Part shown: positions 48,695 to 56,643 of the stretch, piece by piece
Position numbering within the stretch: the stretch's first letter is position 1
Layout: each line of letters starts with the position of its first letter
From: Thermoplasmata archaeon
GTDB taxonomy: Archaea; Thermoplasmatota; SW-10-69-26; JACQPN01; JAJPHT01
Direction of reading: 5' to 3'
Length of the DNA stretch: 64,000 bases
Assembly: GCA_034667685.1 (NCBI GenBank)
Contig: JAXDQU010000011.1
Coordinates: forward strand, 1-64,000
The notes under the pieces: generated by a model
The model's database searches: none
Seen by the model: the letters and a program-made list of their open reading frames with translations, nothing else
Told to the model about the DNA's origin: nothing
Made by a program: the position numbers and the translations under genes

Positions 48695-49086
48695 TCGAGG
48701 TGGAGGCGGACCTCGTACCCGTCGAGGTCGTGGAAGGCGACGCCCCAGCCCTGCTTGCCGCGGCGCAGGCCCGAGTGCAGCACGTTCTCGGTGTCGAGGT
48801 GCGCGAGCCAGGCGTCCATCGCATGGCCGTCGGGGAGCGTGAAGCCCACGAGGTTCGCGCCCGCGAGCGCCGCCGCGCGCTGCGGATCCGCCACGAGCGC
48901 GAGCAGCAGGCCCGTCGGCGCGTGGCGCAGCGTGACCTGGCCGGGCTCCGCGAGCGCGGGCTCCGGCGCGAAGCCCATGACGCGCGCGTACCACGCCGCG
49001 GCGCCGCGCGGGTCGCGCGAGAACAGTTTCAGCGTGTGGACGCCGGCGAGCGCGGGGGCGTCGAGCGCGACGAGGCGGGCGGTCAT
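48685..49086 (-). CDS. VOC/glyoxalase family protein
   Basis: D..AAAWYARVMGF..FHDLDGYEV. Confidence 0.75.
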   Translation of the reverse strand: MTARLVALDAPALAGVHTLKLFSRDPRGAAAWYARVMGFAPEPALAEPGQVTLRHAPTGLLLALVADPQRAAALAGANLVGFTLPDGHAMDAWLAHLDTENVLHSGLRRGKQGWGVAFHDLDGYEVRLHLDQD

Positions 49087-49170
49087 GCGCGGTACGCCGC
49101 TCCTTGCCACAAAGGCGTTGCGAATCCGTTCTGGGCTAAGGCTAAGGCGGAGGCTGAGGCTCGGGGCGCG

Positions 49171-50070
49171 ATGCTCTTCGCCGAAGAGGTCGTCGCGCAG
49201 CACTTCGTCCCGACGTGGCGCGGGCTGCTCGCGCGCCGGCTCCACGAGCTGGGCCTCCCGCAGGTCGAGATCGCGGCGGCGCTCTCCGTCACGCAGTCGG
49301 CGGTCTCGAAGCACCTGCAGGGCAAGCTCGCGCTGGAGCCGCGCCTGGCGGGCGACGCGCGGGTGCGCGAGGCCGTCGAGCGCGTGGCGCAAGGCATCAT
49401 GGCGAAGCGGCTCTCCGCGTTCGAGGCGCTCCTGGAGGCCGAGGCGCTGGTGCGCGCGCTGGAGGACCGCGGCCCGATCTGCGCGATCCACGAGGAGGAG
49501 ATGCCGGCGCTCGCGGGGCTGGGCTGCGACATCTGCATCCGCGCGGGCGGCTCGATGCTGCGCGCCGAGCAGGCCGCCCTGATGGACCTGCGCGCCGCGG
49601 TCCGCATCCTGGAAGCGACGCCTGGCCTCGCGGCGCACCTGCCGCACGTGGGCACCAACGTCGCCCGCGCGGTGCCGGGCGCGACGGACGTCTCGGAGGT
49701 CGCCGCGATCCCGGGCGGGCTCTTCGAGACGCGCGGCGTCGTCAAGGTCGCGGCGCCCCCGGAACTTGGCGTGTCGCGCCACGTCGCGGAGGTGCTGCTC
49801 GCGGTGCTCCGCGCCGACCCCGCGCGCCTCGCGTGCCTGAACCTCGCGCCCGCGCCCGCGCTCCTGGCCGGGGCGCGCGCCGCGGGGCTGCGCGTCGAGG
49901 AGGTGGCGCCGGAGGTCGAGCGCGCGCCCGGCCGGCTCCGCTTTGCGGGCGCGGTGCCCGACGTCTTCCACCACGCGGGCGCCTTCGGCGTCGAGCCCCA
50001 GGCGTACCTCACCGGACCGGACGCCACCACGCTCGCTTTACAAGTCCGGCGGATCCTGGACATGTCATGA
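49171..50070 (+). CDS. HTH plus ThiN-domain regulator (ThiR-like)
   Basis: EEVV..QVEIAAALSVTQSAVSKH; PHVGTNVA, VAAIPG, PELGVSRHVA, GAFGVEP. Confidence 0.82.
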   Translation: MLFAEEVVAQHFVPTWRGLLARRLHELGLPQVEIAAALSVTQSAVSKHLQGKLALEPRLAGDARVREAVERVAQGIMAKRLSAFEALLEAEALVRALEDRGPICAIHEEEMPALAGLGCDICIRAGGSMLRAEQAALMDLRAAVRILEATPGLAAHLPHVGTNVARAVPGATDVSEVAAIPGGLFETRGVVKVAAPPELGVSRHVAEVLLAVLRADPARLACLNLAPAPALLAGARAAGLRVEEVAPEVERAPGRLRFAGAVPDVFHHAGAFGVEPQAYLTGPDATTLALQVRRILDMS

Positions 50071-50145
50071 GGTTCGAGTCAGGAATCCTTATGCGCCAGC
50101 GCCTCCTCGGCAAATCCGGACCCCCCGTCCGGTGACTTCCGAGCC

Positions 50146-51516
50146 ATGGGACCGAGCCTTGCGCTGATCCGCTCCGTTCCGGCGGCCGGCACCCTCCTCC
50201 TCTGGACGATCATCTTCGTGGTCCTGATCGCGCTCTCCGCGTTCATGAGCGGCAGCGAGACCGCGCTCATCGGCTTCTCCCGCCTGCGCCGCCGCCAGCT
50301 CGTCGAGGAAGCGCACCCGCGCATCGACGCCGTCGAGGCGCTGATGGGCAACACCGAGCGCTTCCTGATCACCGTGCTCCTGCTGAACACGGTCATCAAC
50401 ATCGGCGCCGCGGCGATCGTGACCTCGTTCGCGGACGAGGTGTTCGACAACTACGTCGTGGCGATCTCCACGGGCGTCGTCACGTTCTTCATGCTCACCT
50501 TCGGCGAGATCATCCCGAAGGCGTTCGCCGCCAACAACGCCGAGGGGTGGGCGCTGCGCGTCGCGCCCGCCTTCCTCGCGATCCAGAAGGTCGTCTCGCC
50601 CATCGTGTGGGTCTACGAGAAGATGATGCACGCGCTCCTGCGCGACCGGGCCAAGCGCGCCACCTTCCGCTCGGAAGAGGAGATCAAGACGCTCATCAGC
50701 GTGGGCACCGAAGAGGGCGTCCTCGAAGAGAAGGAAGAGGACATGCTGCACTCGGTCATCGAGTTCGGCGAGACCACCGCGCGCGAGATCATGGTGCCGC
50801 GCATCGACATGACCGCCGTCCCCGCCGACGCCACGGTCGACCACATCAAGGCGTTCGTCCTGGAGAGCGGCTTCAGCCGCATCCCCGTCTACCAGGGCAC
50901 GGTGGACAACGTCGTGGGCCTCCTCTACGTCAAGGACCTGCTGCTCCACCTCATCGAGAAGAAGGCCGGCACGGCCGTGGCGCAGCGAGGCGCGGACGGA
51001 GCCGCAGCCGCGTCCAGCGTCCCGCTGCGCGACCTGATGCGCGAGGCCTACTTCGTCCCCGAGTCGAAGAAGCTCGACGACCTCCTGGGCGAGATGCGCG
51101 AGAAGCGCATGCACATGGCGATCGTCATCGACGAGTTCGGCGGCACCGCGGGCCTCGTCACCCTGGAAGACATCGTCGAGGAGGTCGTGGGCGACATCTT
51201 CGACGAGTACGACCTGCGCACCGATCCCATCCGCAAGCTCGACGAGAACACCGCGGTCGTCGACGCCAAGACCCACGTCGCGGACGTCAACGACGCGCTG
51301 GAGATCGGCATCCCCGAGGAAGAAGGGTACGACACCGTGGCCGGCTACGTCTACCACGCGCTGGGCCGCCTGGGCAAGGAAGGCGAGGTCGTCCACGGCC
51401 CCGGCTTCGACCTCGTCGTCGAGAAGGTCACCAACCGCCGCATCCTGCGCGTGCGCGTCGTGACGCACAAGGCCGAGATGGCCGAAGGCGCGGAAGGCGA
51501 AGCGAGCGCGCACTGA
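50146..51516 (+). CDS. HlyC/CorC (CNNM) family membrane protein with CBS pair
   Basis: SAFMSGSETA, FGEIIPK, IMVPR, FSRIPVY, DEFGGTAGLVTLEDIVEE. Confidence 0.92.
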   Translation: MGPSLALIRSVPAAGTLLLWTIIFVVLIALSAFMSGSETALIGFSRLRRRQLVEEAHPRIDAVEALMGNTERFLITVLLLNTVINIGAAAIVTSFADEVFDNYVVAISTGVVTFFMLTFGEIIPKAFAANNAEGWALRVAPAFLAIQKVVSPIVWVYEKMMHALLRDRAKRATFRSEEEIKTLISVGTEEGVLEEKEEDMLHSVIEFGETTAREIMVPRIDMTAVPADATVDHIKAFVLESGFSRIPVYQGTVDNVVGLLYVKDLLLHLIEKKAGTAVAQRGADGAAAASSVPLRDLMREAYFVPESKKLDDLLGEMREKRMHMAIVIDEFGGTAGLVTLEDIVEEVVGDIFDEYDLRTDPIRKLDENTAVVDAKTHVADVNDALEIGIPEEEGYDTVAGYVYHALGRLGKEGEVVHGPGFDLVVEKVTNRRILRVRVVTHKAEMAEGAEGEASAH

Positions 51517-51558
51517 CCATCCGGGAGGCGTGGACACGCCTGCGCGGCCTGGGGCGTG

Positions 51559-51782
51559 GGTCAGGTGACTAGACACCTTGTCGCGGGACGGCAGGTCAGG
51601 TGACTAGACAGGTGACGCAGCGCCCGTTCTCAAGGTGTCTAGTTCTGACCTTGCCAAGCCCATCATGGTGAACGCCAGGGGGTCCAGGGGGCCGCAGCCC
51701 GCCGCGCAAGGGCGCGGCGAGGCCGAACCGGAGTTCGGCCGGACCTGGCGCGGGGGTGCAGGGGGGCGCGCAGCCCCCCTGC
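51559..51782. repeat. Cluster of REP-like palindromic repeats
   Basis: ggtcaggtgactagaca twice (51559, 51594) plus an inverted variant at 51631-51650; hairpin 51721-51740; G/C hairpin motifs at 51678 and 51752. Confidence 0.8.
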
Positions 51783-51942
51783 CACGAAGTCGCGCGAGCC
51801 GTGCGACGAAGTGTGAGAAACGGCGGAGGCGTGCCGGCGGCAGCGGCGCACCACAGTGCCCGGGCCGCCTGGCACCCACGCGCCTCCGCGGTTCGGTCAG
51901 GTCGCTCCGCGGGGGCGATGCGGTGCGCGGAGGATGAATGCG

Positions 51943-52809
51943 TTATGGCGCATTCTTCGAATTCGTGACCTTCCGGATGACGAGCTGCAACGGATCGAAG
52001 TAGCGGTCCGCGACGCGCTCCTTCATCGGGATGATGCCGTTGTCCGTGATGTGGATGTGCTCGGGGCACACCTCGGTGCAGCACTTCGTGATGTTGCACA
52101 GGCCGACGCCTGCTTCACGGCGCAGGAGCGGCACGCGGTCCGCGGCGTCCGCGGGGTGCATCTCCAGGCTGGCGATGCGGATGGTGAACCGAGGGCCGTA
52201 GAAGCCGCCGTCCTTCGTGGGGTCGGTGCCCTTGCCCTGGTCGCGCAGCACGTGGCAGACGTCCTGGCAGAGGAAGCACTCGATGCACTTCCGGAACTCC
52301 TGGACGCGGTCCACGTCGATCTGCTTCATGTTGAACTCGCCCTTGGCGGCCTCTTCGGCCGTCCGCGCGCGGGGCGTGAAGGGCTGGATGTTCTGGTTGA
52401 CGCGGTAGTTCCACGAGACGTCGGTGACGAGGTCCTTCTTGCGCGGGAACGTCTTGACGGGCTCGACGGTGACGGGGCCTTCGGGCAGCTCCTCGACGCG
52501 CGTCATGCACATCAGGCGCGGGACGCCGTTGATCTCGGCGCTGCACGATCCGCACTTGCCGGCCTTGCAGTTCCAGCGGCACGCGAGCGTCGGGTCCTCG
52601 GTCGCCTGGATGCGGTGGACGGCGTCGAGGACGACGTTGCCTTCCTCGACTTGGAGGTGGAAGTCCTGCCACTGGCTCTCGCCGGTGGCGCCCTCGCCCC
52701 GGCGCACGCGCAGGTGGAGCGGGTACTTCTTCGACTCCTGGATCTTGACGGGGCCCTTCTGGGCCGTGAGCTGCTGGACCGTGATATCAACCTTCGGCGC
52801 GTCGGTCAC
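51943..52809 (-). CDS. sdhB: Succinate dehydrogenase iron-sulfur subunit
   Basis: CKAGKCGSC, CIECFLC..C, CNITKCC..CP. Confidence 0.93.
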   Translation of the reverse strand: MTDAPKVDITVQQLTAQKGPVKIQESKKYPLHLRVRRGEGATGESQWQDFHLQVEEGNVVLDAVHRIQATEDPTLACRWNCKAGKCGSCSAEINGVPRLMCMTRVEELPEGPVTVEPVKTFPRKKDLVTDVSWNYRVNQNIQPFTPRARTAEEAAKGEFNMKQIDVDRVQEFRKCIECFLCQDVCHVLRDQGKGTDPTKDGGFYGPRFTIRIASLEMHPADAADRVPLLRREAGVGLCNITKCCTEVCPEHIHITDNGIIPMKERVADRYFDPLQLVIRKVTNSKNAP

Positions 52810-54666
52810 TCACGCCACCCCCTTCGTGCTGATGTCCTCGGCCTTGCTATCAAGGATCTGCTTGAGCTCGGCCGGGATCGCCGGGATCGGCTCGACGGCG
52901 ATCTCCATCTTGCCGTTGACGTTGCGGGCGACGATGTTGCGGCCGCCCCAGTTCTTCTCGTCGCTCTCGATGAAGTCGCCGCGCGTGTGCCCGCCGCGCG
53001 ACTCCTCGCGGGTCAGCGCGCTACGGCACGAGGCCTCGCACGCGATGACCATGAACTGCAGGTCCATGGCGACGTGCCAGCCCGGGTTGAACGCGGTGGT
53101 GCCGGGCGCCTTGACGGCGGCGGCGCGCTTCTTGATCGTCTGCAGCTCCTCGATGGCTTCGAGCAGGTCGTCCTTGAAGCGGACCATGCCGGCCTTGTTC
53201 TGCATGACGACCTGCAGGTCCTCCCACACCTTGTAGGGCGACTCGCCCGCGCCTGAGCCGACGAACGACAGGTAATGATCGACCGCGGCCTCGACCTCGC
53301 GGTCGTCGACGCGGCCCGGCGGCGCGGTCTTGGCGAACTTCGCCGCGTGCTCGCCGGCGCGCGCGCCGAACACGAGCAGGTCGGTGAGCGAGTTGCCGCC
53401 CAGGCGGTTGGAGCCGTGCAGCCCGGCCGCCGCCTCGCCCGCGGCGTAAAGCCCCTGGACCTTGGGCGTCTGCTGCGTCTCGGGGTCCACGCGGATGCCG
53501 CCCATCGTGTAGTGCATCGTGGGGCCGACCTCCATCGGGACCTTGGTGATGTCGACGTTCGCCAATTCCTTGAACTGGTGGTACATCGAGGGGAGCTTCC
53601 GCTTCACGTACTCGGGGTCGCGCCAGCTGATATCAAGATAGACGCCGCCGCGCGGGGTGCCGCGGCCGCTCTTGACCTCGGCCATGATGGCGCGCGCCAC
53701 GATGTCGCGGGGAAGGAGCTCGGGCGGGCGGCGCGCGGTGCTCTGGCCCGCGGTGATGCTGCCGTCCTTGAGCTGGCCCTGCTGCTCGACCCACGTGTTG
53801 GCCTCGGCCTCGGTCTCCGCGAACTCGCCCTTGTAGAGGTCGGGCACGTAGCGGAACATGAAGCGCTCGCCGTTCGTGTTCGTCAGGCGGCCGCCCTCGC
53901 CGCGCACGCCCTCGGTGACGAGGATGCCGCGCACGCTCGGGGGCCAGACCATGCCGGTGGGGTGGAACTGGATGAACTCCATGTCCTGGAGGTCCGCGCC
54001 GGCGAGCCACGCGAGCGCGTAGCCGTCGCCCGTGTATTCCCATGAGTTGCTGGTGACCTGGAACGCCTTGCCGAAGCCGCCCGTCGCAAGGACGAACGCC
54101 TTGGCCTTGAAGAGGTGGAACGCGCCCGTGTCGCGCTCGTAGGCAAGGGCCGCGACGACTCGGTTGCCGTCCTTGAACAGGCGGACCACGGTGGTCTCCA
54201 TGAAGACGTCGAGCCCGCTGTGGACGCCCTTGTCCTGGAGCGTGCGGATGATCTCCAAGCCGGTCCTGTCGCCGACGTGCGCGAGGCGCGGGTACGTGTG
54301 GCCGCCGAATGCGCGCTGGCTGATCCAGCCGTCCTTCGTGCGGTCGAACACTGCGCCCCACTCCTCCAGCTCGCGCACGCGCTGCGGCGCCTCCTTGGCG
54401 TGCAGCTCGGCCATGCGCCAGGAGTTGAGGTAGCGGCCGCCCTTCATCGTGTCGCGGAAGTGGACCTTCCAGTTGTCGCGGCCGTCGACGTTGCCCATCG
54501 CAGCCGCCGCGCCGCCCTCCGCCATCACGGTGTGGGCCTTGCCCAGGAGCGACTTGCAGAGCACGGCGGTCTTCTGGCCCTGCCGGGCGGACTCGATCGC
54601 GGCGCGGAGGCCCGCGCCGCCCGCGCCGATGACAACGACGTCGAACTCGTGGCTGGCGAACTTCAC
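52810..54666 (-). CDS. sdhA: Succinate dehydrogenase flavoprotein subunit
   Basis: GAGGAG, KAHTVMAEGG, QFHPTG, TEGVRGEGG, HYTMGG, HGSNRLGGNSL; GTG start. Confidence 0.95.
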   Translation of the reverse strand: MKFASHEFDVVVIGAGGAGLRAAIESARQGQKTAVLCKSLLGKAHTVMAEGGAAAAMGNVDGRDNWKVHFRDTMKGGRYLNSWRMAELHAKEAPQRVRELEEWGAVFDRTKDGWISQRAFGGHTYPRLAHVGDRTGLEIIRTLQDKGVHSGLDVFMETTVVRLFKDGNRVVAALAYERDTGAFHLFKAKAFVLATGGFGKAFQVTSNSWEYTGDGYALAWLAGADLQDMEFIQFHPTGMVWPPSVRGILVTEGVRGEGGRLTNTNGERFMFRYVPDLYKGEFAETEAEANTWVEQQGQLKDGSITAGQSTARRPPELLPRDIVARAIMAEVKSGRGTPRGGVYLDISWRDPEYVKRKLPSMYHQFKELANVDITKVPMEVGPTMHYTMGGIRVDPETQQTPKVQGLYAAGEAAAGLHGSNRLGGNSLTDLLVFGARAGEHAAKFAKTAPPGRVDDREVEAAVDHYLSFVGSGAGESPYKVWEDLQVVMQNKAGMVRFKDDLLEAIEELQTIKKRAAAVKAPGTTAFNPGWHVAMDLQFMVIACEASCRSALTREESRGGHTRGDFIESDEKNWGGRNIVARNVNGKMEIAVEPIPAIPAELKQILDSKAEDISTKGVA

Positions 54667-55508
54667 AGCGGCACCCCCGCGGACTTGAGCGCCGCCGCGA
54701 TGCCCAGCGGGTCGCTCATGACGACGTAGCGGATGTAGAGGTCCACGCCCGCGACGGTGAAGAGCGAGAGCCAGGCCCAGAGCGCGTGGCGGTCGTTGAG
54801 CACCGTGACCTTCGTCCAGAGCGAGTAGCGCGTCGAGGCCGCGCCGTCGCACGAGAAGCAGTCGAGCTTGCCGCCGATCAGGTGGCGGAAGCTGTGGCAG
54901 CCGAACGTGTACGCCATGAGGAAGCCGACGTTGACGAGCATCAGCGCGCTGCCCAGGCCGAAGTAAAGGCCGTTGGGCGTCACGATGCTGCGGATCGCGT
55001 CCCACGCCAGGAAGAGCGTGATGACGATGGCCGCGTAGAGGAACCACCGGTGGAGGTTCTGGAGGACGAGGATGCCACGCTCGCCCTTGTAGTCGAAGCC
55101 CTTGTTGGCCGGCACGGCGCAGCCCGCGGGGCGCGCGACGAAGGCGCGGTAGTAGGACTTGCGGTAGTAGTAGCACGTCATCCGGAAGCCCGCCGGGAAG
55201 GGCAGGATCAGGAACGCGGGGCTGCGCACGGCCTGCGCCAGGTAGGGCAGGTTGTAGAGGAAGCCGGGCACCGCCCACGTGAAGTCGGGCGTGCCGAAGG
55301 GGGACGCGTAGTGGTAGTGGCCGTTGTCCGCCAGGTAGTAGCCCGCGTAGGCCGCGTAGTTGGTGCCGGCCGCGAAGACGGGCTCGAAGACGCGGTAGGT
55401 CGCGTAGAGGATGAACGCCGAGTACACGATCACCGTGAACGCGGGGAAGACCCACCACGCGTCGCGGCGGTGGGTGAGCGGCTCGGTCGTCGCCGTGGCA
55501 GTGGCCAG
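54663..55508 (-). CDS. Sdh1-type (Rv0249c-like) membrane anchor subunit; probable CTG start
   Basis: RRDAWW, FRMTCYYYRKSYYR, QNLHR, YTFGCHSFRH, LNDRH motifs. Confidence 0.8.
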   Translation of the reverse strand: MATATATTEPLTHRRDAWWVFPAFTVIVYSAFILYATYRVFEPVFAAGTNYAAYAGYYLADNGHYHYASPFGTPDFTWAVPGFLYNLPYLAQAVRSPAFLILPFPAGFRMTCYYYRKSYYRAFVARPAGCAVPANKGFDYKGERGILVLQNLHRWFLYAAIVITLFLAWDAIRSIVTPNGLYFGLGSALMLVNVGFLMAYTFGCHSFRHLIGGKLDCFSCDGAASTRYSLWTKVTVLNDRHALWAWLSLFTVAGVDLYIRYVVMSDPLGIAAALKSAGVPL

Positions 55509-55578
55509 TCTGACTCCTCCGGAGATGCCGCGGGCAGCCGGGGGAGGCGATTTAAGATTTGTCTATGGACATCCAGGG

Positions 55579-55746
55579 TCAGCCGACGTTCTCGAACTCG
55601 GCGCCGAGGCACTTCTTCCGGTGCTTGCTGCGGAACGTGATCGCGCCGCGCAGCGTCCGGGCGAAGCTCGGTGTGCCGCACGCGATGCAGCGCTGGTGGT
55701 GGGCGGTCTCCTTTCTCCCCCGCGTGAGGACCTGAAGTTCGTGCAT
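55579..55746 (-). CDS. Small CxxC..HxxxC zinc-binding protein
   Basis: RCIACG..KHRKKC; start uncertain (55746 or 55779). Confidence 0.45.
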   Translation of the reverse strand: MHELQVLTRGRKETAHHQRCIACGTPSFARTLRGAITFRSKHRKKCLGAEFENVG

Positions 55747-55895
55747 CAGACCCCGCAACGAGCGGGTATGCATAGCCATTCACGTCCAAGAGCGCGCCAT
55801 TGGGCGATCGTTCCTAGAAACCCGAAAACAATTCTCTACAGAGAACCGGGGAGGCGAGCGCCTGGAATGTTATCTCCGGGTTACTCTGATATCAC

Positions 55896-56294
55896 TTAGG
55901 CCGGCCGGTACTTGCTTGCGCAGCCGACGCTGACGTCCGTGGCGCGAAGGCGCGTGCCGCCGGCGTCCGTGACGAGCACGCCGGTCACGACCACGTTCTT
56001 GCCCTCGATCGTGCCGCCGGCCTCCTGGTCGGGAAGGGGCTTGCGCGGGTCCCACTCGACGGGGAGCTGGGCGTGGCCGTCTTCGATCAGGAACGTGATG
56101 GGCGAGCCGGTGCGGTTGACGCTCCCCGGCACCACGCTCGCCTTGAGCTGGACCTCCTTGCCCGCGAAGGCGGCGGGGTTGGCGACGACGTCGCCCACGC
56201 CCTGGTAGCCCTCGGGCCGGCTGCCGGCGTACGCGAGCGCGCCGCCCGCGACGACCAGGAGCAGCAGGATGGCCACCTTGGCGCCCTTGTTCAC
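55896..56294 (-). CDS. ccmE: Cytochrome c maturation haem chaperone CcmE, CxxxY variant
   Basis: N-terminal TM, OB-fold (VVPGSV..F.I.D..LP..EG..VVVTG), C-terminal GCASKY. Confidence 0.75.
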   Translation of the reverse strand: MNKGAKVAILLLLVVAGGALAYAGSRPEGYQGVGDVVANPAAFAGKEVQLKASVVPGSVNRTGSPITFLIEDGHAQLPVEWDPRKPLPDQEAGGTIEGKNVVVTGVLVTDAGGTRLRATDVSVGCASKYRPA

Positions 56295-56346
56295 GGAGCC
56301 GACTCGGCCATGCGGCTTATCAGCGTTGTGGGGGTGTCGTGCACCC

Positions 56347-56586
56347 ATGCGTGCGTGGCTGCGGATCTCGTCAGGGCTGCTCCTCGCCGTGGCCGGGCTG
56401 CTCTTCGGGCTGCTCTACGTGGGCGTCGCGCTCCTCTCGGACTGCCCCGCCGCGTGCGTCGCCCGGGGTGAGCGCGCGGTTGCGTGGGCGCTCGCGGGCG
56501 CGGGTTTCCTCGTGGCGATCGGGGGCGTCGTGCTCGTCGTGCGCACGTGGCGCGCGAGGCGACGGACGCGTCCGCCCGCGTCCTGA
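56347..56586 (+). CDS. Small two-TM membrane protein
   Basis: Two hydrophobic helices around a CPAAC loop. Confidence 0.5.
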   Translation: MRAWLRISSGLLLAVAGLLFGLLYVGVALLSDCPAACVARGERAVAWALAGAGFLVAIGGVVLVVRTWRARRRTRPPAS

Positions 56587-56643
56587 GCGCGGGCGTCAAT
56601 CTTATAGAGCAGGCTCCCGCTGGCGCCGCCCGTAGGTGCGTCC

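Noticed and set aside
49134-49163. Five imperfect ggctaa-like hexamers upstream of the ThiR-like gene
   Set aside because: Short and degenerate; cannot be distinguished from slippage or promoter sequence
47671-50070. 799-aa ORF ending in the ThiN domain
   Set aside because: Only 49171-50070 matches the HTH-ThiN architecture
51559-51650. Possible mini-CRISPR array
   Set aside because: Only two 17-bp direct copies with an 18-nt gap, a third copy inverted, and no cas genes in the window
52810-55458. Apparent sdhA fusion or extension
   Set aside because: Upstream part is an alternate frame of the anchor gene; GTG 54666 overlaps the anchor stop
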